Numbered from the stretch's first letter, positions 19,420-27,388 are shown. The stretch is 27,388 nt of DNA from an uncultured Conexibacter sp. (GCA_964613275.1 CAZTGN010000005.1:1-27388), one strand, 5' to 3'. The notes: generated by a model not told the origin, from the sequence alone. Numbers and translations are program-made.

Positions 19420-20618
19420 GCCGCATCAGGCTGCCGCCGCCTCCGGCGGCATTGAGGTCCAGGCTGCTCACGGTCGGCCCGGTCCCGCCGGAATGGGGCG
19501 GCAAGCTCCGCGGCGGCGTCACCCGCTTCAACGTCACCCTCCTCGACGAGCTGCGGACCCGTCCCTGGCGGCACCGGATCGAGCCGATCGGCGTCCTGAT
19601 CCCGCCGCCGCAGCGGATCCACCGCCGGATCGCCGAGCGTCTCGCTCCGCTGCCGATCTTCATGCAGCCCAGGGGCGGACGGCCGCGGCGGTTCACGCGG
19701 ATGCTGCTCGACGAGCAGCGCCCGGACGTCGTCCTCGTCAACAACATCGCCGCCTTCAACGGCGCCCGCTACGTCCGCGTCCAGGCGGCGGTGGCGCCGG
19801 AGCTGCCGACGATCGCGATCGTCCACGAGTGGCGGGCGATCAGGGCCAAGGCGGGCGATCAGGAGCGCTCCCGCCGCTACCACGAGGCGGCGCAGGCGGC
19901 GCTCGACAGCATCGACGCGGTCGTCTTCCCCTCCCGTCACACCCGCGGGGTCGGCAGTGAGCAGCTCGGGTTGAGCTACCCCGAGCGCGCCGTCGTCATC
20001 CACAACCCGATCCAGCCCGCCTTCGTCGAGCCCGGCCTCGATGTTGTCGGCCCACGGGCCGGGGTCGCCTTCGTCGGCTCCTACAACGACCGCAAGAACC
20101 CGCAGTCGCTGCTGCGTGCGCTCCGCGCGATGCCCGGCCTCGAGCTGACGCTGCAGGGGCGCGGCCCGATCGAGGACGACCTGCGGGCGCTCGCCGCCGA
20201 GCTCGGAATCACCGACCGCGTCCGGTTCGCCCCGTTCCTCGGCCACCGCAAGCACGTCGATGCCGTGATCGACGTGATGCGATCGGCGGAGCTCCTCTGC
20301 CTACCCTCCCGCAGCGAGGCGTTCGCGCTCGTGATGGTCGAGGCGCTCGCCGCCGGCACGCCGGTCGCCGGCTACGGGCCGACCCTGGTCGAGATCCGCG
20401 ACCGGCTCGGGATCGATGTCGGCGAGCCGATCTTCGATCCCACCCCCGACAACGTCGCGGCGGCGATCGAGTCGGTCCGCTCGCGCGGCTGGGATCGGGG
20501 GGCGCTCCGCCGTGGGGCGCTTGCCAGCTTCGCGCCGCCGGTGATCGCGAGCGAGTACGCCCGCCTGATCCGCGCGGTCGCCCGACCGCGCCGGAGCGGG
20601 GACACGGCACGCGGTTGA
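19416..20618 (+). CDS. GT4-family (GT-B) glycosyltransferase
   Basis: VVFPSRHT, VIHNPI, FVGSYNDRKNP, QGRGP, PSRSEAFALVMVEALAAGTPV (EX7E). ATG 19416 overlaps the upstream TGA (ATGA). Confidence 0.9.
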   Translation: MSRIRLPPPPAALRSRLLTVGPVPPEWGGKLRGGVTRFNVTLLDELRTRPWRHRIEPIGVLIPPPQRIHRRIAERLAPLPIFMQPRGGRPRRFTRMLLDEQRPDVVLVNNIAAFNGARYVRVQAAVAPELPTIAIVHEWRAIRAKAGDQERSRRYHEAAQAALDSIDAVVFPSRHTRGVGSEQLGLSYPERAVVIHNPIQPAFVEPGLDVVGPRAGVAFVGSYNDRKNPQSLLRALRAMPGLELTLQGRGPIEDDLRALAAELGITDRVRFAPFLGHRKHVDAVIDVMRSAELLCLPSRSEAFALVMVEALAAGTPVAGYGPTLVEIRDRLGIDVGEPIFDPTPDNVAAAIESVRSRGWDRGALRRGALASFAPPVIASEYARLIRAVARPRRSGDTARG

Positions 20619-20674
20619 TGGCCGGCGGCCGGGCCGGGGGCCGCGAGCGAAGGCGGCGGCCCCGCGCTCCCGGG

Positions 20675-21655
20675 CTATCGCACCCCTGAAGAGCTCGCGT
20701 CGGGATGGGCCCGGTACCACTCGAGCGTGCGCGTCAGACCCTCATCGAGGCCGACCCGGGGCGCCCAGCCGCAGCGCTCGCGGAGCTTCGAGGCATCGAC
20801 GTACTGGCGATCGATCTCGCCGGCCGGGTTGCCGGCGCCGCGGACCTCGGGCTCGACGCCGGTGCCGGCGAGGCGGGCGATCGTCGCGACGATCTCGAGC
20901 ACGCTGCGGGGGCGCTCGCCACCCGCGTTGAAGGCCTCGCCGCGGACCCCGTCGCGGTCGAGATGATCGGCGATCGCGAGGTAGGCGGCGACGGCGTCCT
21001 CGACGTACAGCAGGTCGCGGATCGGGGAGCCGTCGGAGCGCAGCACCGGCGCCCGGCCCTCGATCGCCGCAACCGCCGCCTCCGGCACGAGCCGGGAGAA
21101 GTTGAGGTCGCCGCCGCCGTAGATGTTGGCGAAGCGGGTAACCGCGACCGGCAAGCCGTAGCTGGGCCAGTAGCAGCGGGCGATCAGGTCCGCCGCCGCC
21201 TTCGAGGCCTCGTAGGGGGCGGTCGGGCGCAGCGACATCTCCTCCCGGTAGGGGAGCCGCTCGTGGGCTCCGTAGGCCTTGTCGGAGGAGGCGACGACGA
21301 CGCGCCCCAGGCCGCGGCGGCGGCACGCCTCGAGCACCGTCCAGGTGCCGCGCACGTTCGTCTCGAACGCGCCCGCCGGATCCTCGCGCGCCGTGCCCAC
21401 GATCGTCTCCGCCGCGAGATGGAAGACGCTGTCGATCCCGTGCTCGGCGAGGACGCGGTCCAGGAGCCCACGGTCGAGCAGCGACCCCTGCTCCTCGGCG
21501 ATGTGGTCGCCGATCCCGAGCAGCTCCAGCGTCGAGGGCGGCTCGCGCGCACCCCGTCGGTCCAGCGAGACCACCGCGACGCCGCGGTCGAGCAGCGCGC
21601 GGCAGAGCCAGGCGCCGACGAACCCGCGCCCGCCGGTCACCAGCGCCGCCCTCAT
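20675..21655 (-). CDS. NAD-dependent epimerase/dehydratase, CDP-glucose 4,6-dehydratase (RfbG)-like
   Basis: LVTGGRGFVG, FHLAAETIV, SSDKAYG, YEASK (YxxxK), RFANIYGGGD, RDLLYVED. ATG 21655 overlaps the upstream TGA. Confidence 0.88.
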   Translation of the reverse strand: MRAALVTGGRGFVGAWLCRALLDRGVAVVSLDRRGAREPPSTLELLGIGDHIAEEQGSLLDRGLLDRVLAEHGIDSVFHLAAETIVGTAREDPAGAFETNVRGTWTVLEACRRRGLGRVVVASSDKAYGAHERLPYREEMSLRPTAPYEASKAAADLIARCYWPSYGLPVAVTRFANIYGGGDLNFSRLVPEAAVAAIEGRAPVLRSDGSPIRDLLYVEDAVAAYLAIADHLDRDGVRGEAFNAGGERPRSVLEIVATIARLAGTGVEPEVRGAGNPAGEIDRQYVDASKLRERCGWAPRVGLDEGLTRTLEWYRAHPDASSSGVR

Positions 21656-22389
21656 CCGACCGCCGCCGTCTCCCAGATCCGCCACGGGGCCGCGCCCGAC
21701 TGCCAGAGATCGTTCAGCATCACGGCGTCCTTGTAGGTGTCCATGCAGTCCCAGAATCCCTCGTGCCGGAAGCCGCGCAGCTCCCCGTCGGCGGCGAGGC
21801 GCTCGAGCGGCTCGCGTTCGAGGACCGAATCGTGCCCGAGGCAGCCGAGCGCGACGGGCTCGAGGAACATGAACCCGGCGTTCACCCACTGCTGCATCCG
21901 TGGCTTCTCGACGAAGCCGCGCACGCGGTCGTCGTCGTCGACCGTCGCCACGCCCCACTGCGATCGCGGCTGGACCAGCGTCATCGTCGCCGCCGCGCCA
22001 TGAGCGCGATGCAGCTCGAGGGCGGCGCCGAGGTCGACGTCGGCGACCCCGTCGCTGTAGGTGACCGCGAAGGTGCCGCCGCCGAGCCGGTCCGCCGCCA
22101 GCGCCAGGCGGCCGCCGGTCGGGGTCTCCTCGCCGGTCGGCAGGCAGTCGACCGCGACGCCCTGTGGCCACGGCTCGGCGGCGGCGAAGTCGGCGATCAT
22201 CTCGCCCCGGTAGCCGGTCAGCAGCAGGAAGCGGCGGAACCCGTGGGCCGCGTAGATCCTGATCACGTGCCAGAGGATCGGCCGGCCGCCGATCTCGACG
22301 AGCGCCTTCGGGATCGCGTGCGTCCGCTCCCGCAGGCGGGTCCCGCGCCCGCCGCAGAGGATGGCGACGGTCTCGCCCCGCTCCGACAC
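21652..22389 (-). CDS. Sugar-1-phosphate nucleotidyltransferase, glucose-1-phosphate cytidylyltransferase (RfbF)-like
   Basis: ILCGGRGTRLRE, PKALVEIGGRPILWH, TGGRL, TYSDGVAD, FVEKP, VNAGF, GFWDCMDTYKD. Confidence 0.88.
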   Translation of the reverse strand: MSERGETVAILCGGRGTRLRERTHAIPKALVEIGGRPILWHVIRIYAAHGFRRFLLLTGYRGEMIADFAAAEPWPQGVAVDCLPTGEETPTGGRLALAADRLGGGTFAVTYSDGVADVDLGAALELHRAHGAAATMTLVQPRSQWGVATVDDDDRVRGFVEKPRMQQWVNAGFMFLEPVALGCLGHDSVLEREPLERLAADGELRGFRHEGFWDCMDTYKDAVMLNDLWQSGAAPWRIWETAAVG

Positions 22390-22397
22390 CGCCGGCG

Positions 22398-22670
22398 TCA
22401 GCCGCCGGCCACCGCGGGCAGGATCGTCACCTCGGCGCCGTCGTCGACGGCGGTCTCGAGGCCGTCCTGGAAGCGAATGTCCTCGCCGGAGACGTAGACG
22501 TTGACGAAGCGGCGCAGGTCGCCGCCCTCGGTGATCCGCTCGCGCAGCCCGTCGTGCTTGGCGAAGACCGCGTCGAGCGCGTCGCCCACCGTCCCCGCCT
22601 CGACCTCGATCTCGGCCGCGCCGCCGGTGGCGGGCCGTAGCTGGGCCGGGATCTTGACCTTGACTGCCAT
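22398..22670 (-). CDS. Ubiquitin-like sulfur carrier protein (MoaD/ThiS/CysO family)
   Basis: VKIPAQLR, RRFVNVYVSGEDIRF, C-terminal ILPAVAGG. Confidence 0.95.
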   Translation of the reverse strand: MAVKVKIPAQLRPATGGAAEIEVEAGTVGDALDAVFAKHDGLRERITEGGDLRRFVNVYVSGEDIRFQDGLETAVDDGAEVTILPAVAGG

Positions 22671-22694
22671 CCTGCGCTCGCTCCGGGCGGAAAC

Positions 22695-23951
22695 CTAGAT
22701 CATCTGGCTGAGCGCCGGAGCGGCCACGGCGCCGCGCTCGGGCACGTGCGCCGCAAACGACTCGAGCGTCGGCTCGATCTCGTGCATCGCGAACCCCTCG
22801 CGGACGGCGTCGAGCGTCTTCAGCCCCTCGCCGGTGATGTAGACGACGACGCGATCGCCCGTGCCGATCTCGCCGCGGTCGGCGAGCTTGGCGAGCGTCG
22901 CCGTCGTGACGCCGCCGGCGGTCTCGGTGAAGATCCCGGTCGTCTCCGCGAGCAACCGGATCCCGGCCCTGATCTCGTCATCGCTGACGGCGTCGATCGA
23001 GCCGCCGCTCGAGCGGGCGAGATCGAGCGCGTAGGGCCCGTCGGCGGGATCGCCGATCGCGAGGCTCTTGGCGATCGTGTCGGGGCGGACCGGACGGCAG
23101 ACGTCGTCGCCGTCCGCGAATGCGGCCGCGACCGGGCCGCACCCGGCCGCCTGGGCGCCGTGGAAGGTGGGCAGCTCGCCGGCGACGAGTCCGAGCGCGC
23201 GCCACTCCTCGAACCCGCGACCGATCTTCGTGAACAGCGAGCCGGAGGCGATCGGGCAGACGACCCGGTCGGGCAGCCTCCAGCCGAGCTGCTCGACGGT
23301 CTCGTAGGCGAGCGTCTTCGACCCCTCGGCGTAGTAGGGGCGCACGTTGACGTTGACGAAGGCCCAACCCCGCTCCGCGGCGAGCTCGGTGCAGAGGCGG
23401 TTGACGTCGTCGTAGTTGCCCTCGACGCCGACCAGGGTCGTCCCGTAGACGCCGGTGGCGAGCAGCTTCTGCTCCTCGAGGTCGGCCGGCACGAAGACGT
23501 AGGAGTCGACGCCGGCGGCGGCCGCGTGGGCGGCGACCGCGTTGGCGAGGTTGCCGGTCGAGGCGCAGGCGACCGTGTCGAAGCCGAGCTCGAGCGCCTT
23601 CGCGAGGGCGACGGCGACGACCCGGTCCTTGAAGCTGTGGGTCGGGTTGGCGGCGTCGTTCTTGATCCAGACCTCGCCGATGCCGAGCTGCTCGGCGAGC
23701 CGGTCGGCCCGCACGAGCGGGGTCAGGCCGGGCTCGATCGCGCTGGCGGGCGGCGATGCGAACGGCAGGAAGTCGGCGTAGCGCCAGATGCCGCTGCTGC
23801 CGGCCTGGATCCGGCGCCGGGCCGAATCGGCGTCGATCCCGGCGTAGTCGTAGCCCACCTCGAGCGGGCCGAAGCACTGCTCGCACACGTAGAGGGCCTC
23901 GAGCGGGTACTCGGTCCCGCACTCCTTGCACCTGAGGCTCGTCACTGTCAC
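22695..23951 (-). CDS. Threonine-synthase-like PLP enzyme with N-terminal zinc ribbon (candidate sulfur-carrier-dependent homocysteine synthase)
   Basis: CKEC...CEQC ribbon, GLTPL, NPTHSFKDR (PLP Lys), ASTGNLANAVAA, NVNVRPYYAEGSKT, PIASGSL, ETAGG, TGEGLK. Confidence 0.9.
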   Translation of the reverse strand: MTVTSLRCKECGTEYPLEALYVCEQCFGPLEVGYDYAGIDADSARRRIQAGSSGIWRYADFLPFASPPASAIEPGLTPLVRADRLAEQLGIGEVWIKNDAANPTHSFKDRVVAVALAKALELGFDTVACASTGNLANAVAAHAAAAGVDSYVFVPADLEEQKLLATGVYGTTLVGVEGNYDDVNRLCTELAAERGWAFVNVNVRPYYAEGSKTLAYETVEQLGWRLPDRVVCPIASGSLFTKIGRGFEEWRALGLVAGELPTFHGAQAAGCGPVAAAFADGDDVCRPVRPDTIAKSLAIGDPADGPYALDLARSSGGSIDAVSDDEIRAGIRLLAETTGIFTETAGGVTTATLAKLADRGEIGTGDRVVVYITGEGLKTLDAVREGFAMHEIEPTLESFAAHVPERGAVAAPALSQMI

Positions 23952-23971
23952 CTGATCGCTCCTTGTCCCAT
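23948..23971 (-). CDS. Putative 7-aa upstream ORF (MGQGAIR)
   Basis: AGGAG RBS 7 nt before ATG 23971. The TGA overlaps the GTG of the thrC-like gene (GTGA). Confidence 0.35.
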   Translation of the reverse strand: MGQGAIR

Positions 23972-23983
23972 CTCGTCGCTCCT

Positions 23984-24017
23984 ACTAAGAAGACCTCTGC
24001 CGGTGTGAGCAGAGGTC
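23984..24017 (-). terminator. Riboswitch expression-platform terminator
   Basis: GACCTCTGC-TCACACCG-GCAGAGGTC 9-bp hairpin followed by TTCTTAGT. The CTCACAC segment can alternatively pair with the P1 3' strand GATGTGAG. Confidence 0.75.
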
Positions 24018-24034
24018 CGAGTGGGACTTCCACT

Positions 24035-24147
24035 CACATCTCCCAGGCTCGTCGCCTGTTGGACTTGGCACCTTTCCCCGTCGGACGTCGTCCTTGGGGG
24101 GTTGCCGGGGTTTCATCGGGCCAGTTCCCTCCACCCCTCTAGATGTG
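24035..24147 (-). ncRNA. SAM-I (S-box) riboswitch aptamer
   Basis: Minus strand: CACATC-TAGAG-GGGTGGAGGGAACTGGCCC-GATGAAAC-CCGGCAACC...AAGGTGCCAAGTCC...GAGATGTG. P1 is CACATC/GATGTG, and the conserved AUC..AGAG, GAGGGA..UGGCCC, GCAACC and GGUGCC motifs are all present. Confidence 0.95.
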
Positions 24148-24165
24148 GCGGTCTATGTGGCTCGC

Positions 24166-24174
24166 AATATACCA
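24166..24174 (-). promoter_or_regulatory. Putative extended -10 promoter for the riboswitch transcript
   Basis: TGGTATATT on the minus strand, about 20 nt upstream of P1. Confidence 0.6.
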
Positions 24175-24260
24175 GCCGCACCGCCCGCCGCGGGTGGAGC
24201 GGCGTCCCCGTCCCGTAGTCTTGGCCCCGATGGACGCCAGCGACGGCAGCGAAGAAAGCG

Positions 24261-25268
24261 ATGCCGAGCCTTCCGAAGCCGAGGCTGCGGCGCACCCTGC
24301 GTGTCACCGAGCCGGTCGTCGCCGCGCCCGCGGCGGCGACTGAGCCCAACGTCGAGATCGCCGAAGGCGCCGGCCTCCGCTGGGTCCACATCGAGCGGCC
24401 GACGGCGGTCGAATGGAGCTGGCTGCTCGAGCACTTCGACTTCCACGCGCTCGATCTCGAGGATGTCGCCTCGCGCAACCAGCGGCCGAAGATCGACGAG
24501 TACCCCGACTACCTGTTCATCGTCCTGCACCTGCCGGTGTTCGACTCGGCGGTCGGACGGCTCAACACCGGCGAGCTCGACATGTTCGTCGGCCCCGACT
24601 TCGTGATCACGATCCCGAACCAGGAGCTGCAGCCGGTCGAGTACCTGTTCGAGCGCGTCCGCGCCGACGAGGACTTCCGGGGCAAGCTGTTCGCGCGCGG
24701 CTCCGGCTACCTGCTCTACCGGATCGTCGACGACAGCTTCGACTACTGCTTCCCGATGCTGCGCAAGATCGGCAACAAGCTCGACGCGATCGAGGACGAC
24801 ATCTTCGCCGAGGAGCGCTCCGAGGAGGTCGTCCGCGACATCTCGAAGGCGAAGCAGGAGATCATCAACTTCCGCAAGGTGATCCGCCCCCAGCGCCCGG
24901 TCCTCCGCGACCTCGAGAACTACAAGCAGCGCTTCCTCGCCCCCAACCTCGACATCGAGATCTACTTCGACGACATCGTCGACGCCCACGAGCGGATCTG
25001 GGACATGCTCGAGAACTACAAGGAGGTCATCGAGGGGCTCGAGGACACGAACGAGTCGGTCCTCAACCACCGCGTGAACGAGATCCTGCGCGTGCTCACC
25101 GCGATCAGCGTGATCGTCCTGCCGCTGACCCTGATCGCGAGCATCTGGGGGATGAACGTGGGCGTCCCCGGCGAGGGCGACTCGCTCGACTTCTACCTCG
25201 TGCTCGCGGCGATGGCGGCGATCCTCGTCGCGATGCTGACCTACTTCCGCCGCCGCGGCTGGCTGTGA
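24261..25268 (+). CDS. corA: CorA-family Mg2+/Co2+ transporter
   Basis: FDFHALDLED, QRPKIDEY, YLLYRIVD, LTAISVIVLPLTLIASIWGMN (GMN motif), second TM ending FRRRGWL. Confidence 0.95.
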   Translation: MPSLPKPRLRRTLRVTEPVVAAPAAATEPNVEIAEGAGLRWVHIERPTAVEWSWLLEHFDFHALDLEDVASRNQRPKIDEYPDYLFIVLHLPVFDSAVGRLNTGELDMFVGPDFVITIPNQELQPVEYLFERVRADEDFRGKLFARGSGYLLYRIVDDSFDYCFPMLRKIGNKLDAIEDDIFAEERSEEVVRDISKAKQEIINFRKVIRPQRPVLRDLENYKQRFLAPNLDIEIYFDDIVDAHERIWDMLENYKEVIEGLEDTNESVLNHRVNEILRVLTAISVIVLPLTLIASIWGMNVGVPGEGDSLDFYLVLAAMAAILVAMLTYFRRRGWL

Positions 25269-25933
25269 GCGGGCCCCCGCGGGTCGAGTCGATCAACGTC
25301 GGCCACCCGCGGCTCGTCCTCGTCAACGGACGACCCCGCAGGAGCGGGATCGACAAGCGCCCGGTGGGCGGGGCGGTGGCGCTCCGCGACGACGGGGTCG
25401 AAGGCGATGCGGTCGTGGACCGGGCCGTCCACGGCGGCTACGACAAGGCGGTCTACGCCTACGCGCTCGAGGACTACCGGTGGTGGAGCGGCGAGCTCGG
25501 CCGCCAGCTGGCGCCGGGCGCGTTCGGCGAGAACCTGACCACGAGCGGCGTCGATCTGCGCGCGGTGCTGGTCGGCGAGCGCTGGCGGGTCGGGAGCGCC
25601 CTGCTCGAGGCCTCCGAGCCGCGGCAGCCGTGCAGCACGCTCGGCGCGAAGATGGGCGACCAGCGCTTCGTCAAGCGGTTCGCGCGCTCGCTCCGACTCG
25701 GCACGTACCTGCGGATCATCGAGCCGGGCGAGGTCGAGCCCGCAAGCCCGATCGAGGTCCTCGAGCGGCCCGACCACGGGGTCACGATCGGGCTCCTCGG
25801 CCGGGTCGTCTTCGAGGACCGCTCGCTCGGGCCCGGGATCCTCGCCGCCGGGGACGCGCTGACCGACGGCTGGCGGCGGACCGGCGAGCGGCTCGCGGCG
25901 AAGCAGCCGCGACCGGCGACGCCGCCGCAATAG
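25265..25933 (+). CDS. MOSC-domain protein (YiiM-like)
   Basis: SINVG, SGIDKRPV, HGGYDKAVYAY, FGENLT, PRQPC, GTYLRIIEPG. GTG 25265 overlaps the corA TGA. Confidence 0.92.
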   Translation: MSGPPRVESINVGHPRLVLVNGRPRRSGIDKRPVGGAVALRDDGVEGDAVVDRAVHGGYDKAVYAYALEDYRWWSGELGRQLAPGAFGENLTTSGVDLRAVLVGERWRVGSALLEASEPRQPCSTLGAKMGDQRFVKRFARSLRLGTYLRIIEPGEVEPASPIEVLERPDHGVTIGLLGRVVFEDRSLGPGILAAGDALTDGWRRTGERLAAKQPRPATPPQ

Positions 25934-25944
25934 GATCAGCGCGG

Positions 25945-26412
25945 ATGTCCCCCGACAGGATCTGGGCGCCCTGGCGCCTGAGCTACGTGACCGACGCGAC
26001 CAAGTCCGATCAATGCGTGTTCTGCGCGAAGCCGGCGACCGGCGACGACCATCGGGGCGACCTGTGCTTCGTGATCCTGAACCTCTTCCCGTACACGAAC
26101 GGGCATCTGATGGTGGCGCCCTTCGAGCACGTCGGCCGGCTTCAGGACCTCGATCCCGGGGCGACGGCCGAGATGATGGATCTCGCCCAGCAGGCGATGC
26201 GTCGGATCGAGGAGGTCTACGGCCCCGAGGGATTCAACGTCGGCGTCAACCAGGGCCGCGTCGCCGGCGCCGGGGTCGAGGGGCACATCCACCTCCACGT
26301 CGTGCCCCGCTGGGCGGGCGACACCAACTACATGCCGGTTCTCGCGGACACGCGGGTGATGCCGCAGTCGCTCGAGGACAGCTACGACGCCCTCGAAGGA
26401 GGCTTCGGTTGA
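25945..26412 (+). CDS. HIT-family protein (Ap4A phosphorylase/hydrolase-like)
   Basis: RIWAPWR, CVFC, LNLFPYTNGHLMVAP, GFNVGVNQGRVAGAG, HIHLHVVPRWAGD. TAGGAT lies 8 nt upstream of the ATG. Confidence 0.93.
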   Translation: MSPDRIWAPWRLSYVTDATKSDQCVFCAKPATGDDHRGDLCFVILNLFPYTNGHLMVAPFEHVGRLQDLDPGATAEMMDLAQQAMRRIEEVYGPEGFNVGVNQGRVAGAGVEGHIHLHVVPRWAGDTNYMPVLADTRVMPQSLEDSYDALEGGFG

Positions 26413-27388
26413 GCGAGACGACCACGACCGCCGGCGGGCCCGGCTCGGTTCCCCCTTCGATCTTCAAGGCCTACGACGTCCGCGGCGTCTACGGCACCGA
26501 GATGGACGGCGATACCGCCTACCTGATCGGCCGCGCCTTCGCGCGGGTGCTGGCCGACCTGCGCGGAAAGCAGCCGGGGGAGCTGCGGGTCGGGGTCGGG
26601 CGGGACATGCGCCTGCAGGCTCCCGAGATGGCCGAGAGGCTTCGCGCCGGGCTCGTCGCCGAGGGTGTCGAGGTTCTCGACGCGGGGATGGTCGGGACCG
26701 AGATGCTCTACTTCCTCGTCGGCGCCCGCGAGCTCGACGGCGGCGCGATGGTGACCGCCTCGCACAACCCGAAGGCCTACACCGGCGTCAAGCTCGTCCG
26801 CGAGGGCGCGCTGGCGCTCTCGGGCGACACCGGGATCACGGCGATCCGCGACCTGATCCTGGCCGGTCTCGGCGACGAGCCGGGCGGCGGGAGCGTGACC
26901 GAGGTCGACATCGCGCCCGAGTTCCGCGACCGGGCGCTCTCGTTCATCGACGTCGACGCGGTGCGGCCGCTCGCTGTCGTCGCCGACGGCGGCAACGGCA
27001 TGGCGGGTGAGATGGTCGGACCGCTGCTCGATCGGCTCCCGATCGAGCTCGTGACGATGTACTGGGCCCCCGACGGCGAGTTCCCCGACCACGAGCCGAA
27101 CCCGCTCCTGCCCGAGAACCGCGAGCTGATCGTCGAGCGGGTGCTGTCGGAGGGCGCCGAGCTGGGGATCGCCTGGGACGGCGACGCCGACCGCTGCTTC
27201 TTCATCGACGACCGCGGCGAGTTCGTCGACGGCGACTTCCTGACGGCGCTGCTCGCCGAGCTCGTGCTCGAGAAGGCGCCCGGGGCCGACATCCTCTACG
27301 ACGTCCGGGCGAGCCGCGCCGTCCCCGACACGGTCGCCGCCCGCGGCGGCACCGCCCACGTCAACCGCGTCGGCCACGCGTTCTTGAA
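26409..27388 (+). CDS. Phosphomannomutase/phosphoglucomutase (runs off right edge)
   Basis: Translated by hand from TTG 26409 (TTGA overlap): IFKAYDVRG, VGRDMR, MVTASHNP (phospho-Ser), DGGNGMAG, DGEFPDHEPNP, AWDGDADR, RVGH. Confidence 0.95.
   Translation, partial: MSETTTTAGGPGSVPPSIFKAYDVRGVYGTEMDGDTAYLIGRAFARVLADLRGKQPGELRVGVGRDMRLQAPEMAERLRAGLVAEGVEVLDAGMVGTEMLYFLVGARELDGGAMVTASHNPKAYTGVKLVREGALALSGDTGITAIRDLILAGLGDEPGGGSVTEVDIAPEFRDRALSFIDVDAVRPLAVVADGGNGMAGEMVGPLLDRLPIELVTMYWAPDGEFPDHEPNPLLPENRELIVERVLSEGAELGIAWDGDADRCFFIDDRGEFVDGDFLTALLAELVLEKAPGADILYDVRASRAVPDTVAARGGTAHVNRVGHAFL

Noticed and set aside
22695-23951. Assigning the gene symbol thrC
   Set aside because: The family match is clear, but the SAM-I control and adjacent sulfur carrier argue against assuming threonine synthase function.
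24153-27377. Minus-strand ORFs opposite corA, MOSC, HIT and PMM, and 22746..24008 (+)
   Set aside because: These are antisense shadows of recognised genes.

Overview
This is a very GC-rich window that looks actinobacterial. Gene order and protein style suggest Thermoleophilia/Solirubrobacterales, but that is an inference. Left: a PyrR-controlled pyrimidine operon on the minus strand (pyrR-pyrB-pyrC-[30-aa sORF]-isochorismatase-family hydrolase-carA-carB, with carB truncated by the window edge), RNase Z, a secreted protein and a tRNA-Arg(CCG) with no encoded CCA. Middle (accessory-looking): an operon of a large secreted alpha/beta-hydrolase-like protein plus two Cys-type sulfatases, one lacking a canonical start; furA-katG-lipoprotein-TMEM175; and an orphan GroES-like protein fused to a DnaJ-type CxxCxGxG zinc knuckle and coupled to a GT4 glycosyltransferase. 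Next is a SAM-I riboswitch operon: threonine-synthase-like PLP enzyme, ubiquitin-like sulfur carrier, RfbF-like cytidylyltransferase and RfbG-like dehydratase. Right: corA, a MOSC protein, a HIT protein and a phosphomannomutase truncated by the edge. I found no integrase, transposase or CRISPR array. The strongest novelty candidates are the GroES-zinc-finger/GT4 pair, the hydrolase-double-sulfatase operon, and the CDP-sugar genes appended to a SAM-regulated sulfur-carrier operon. All family calls come from motif recognition, with no database search.
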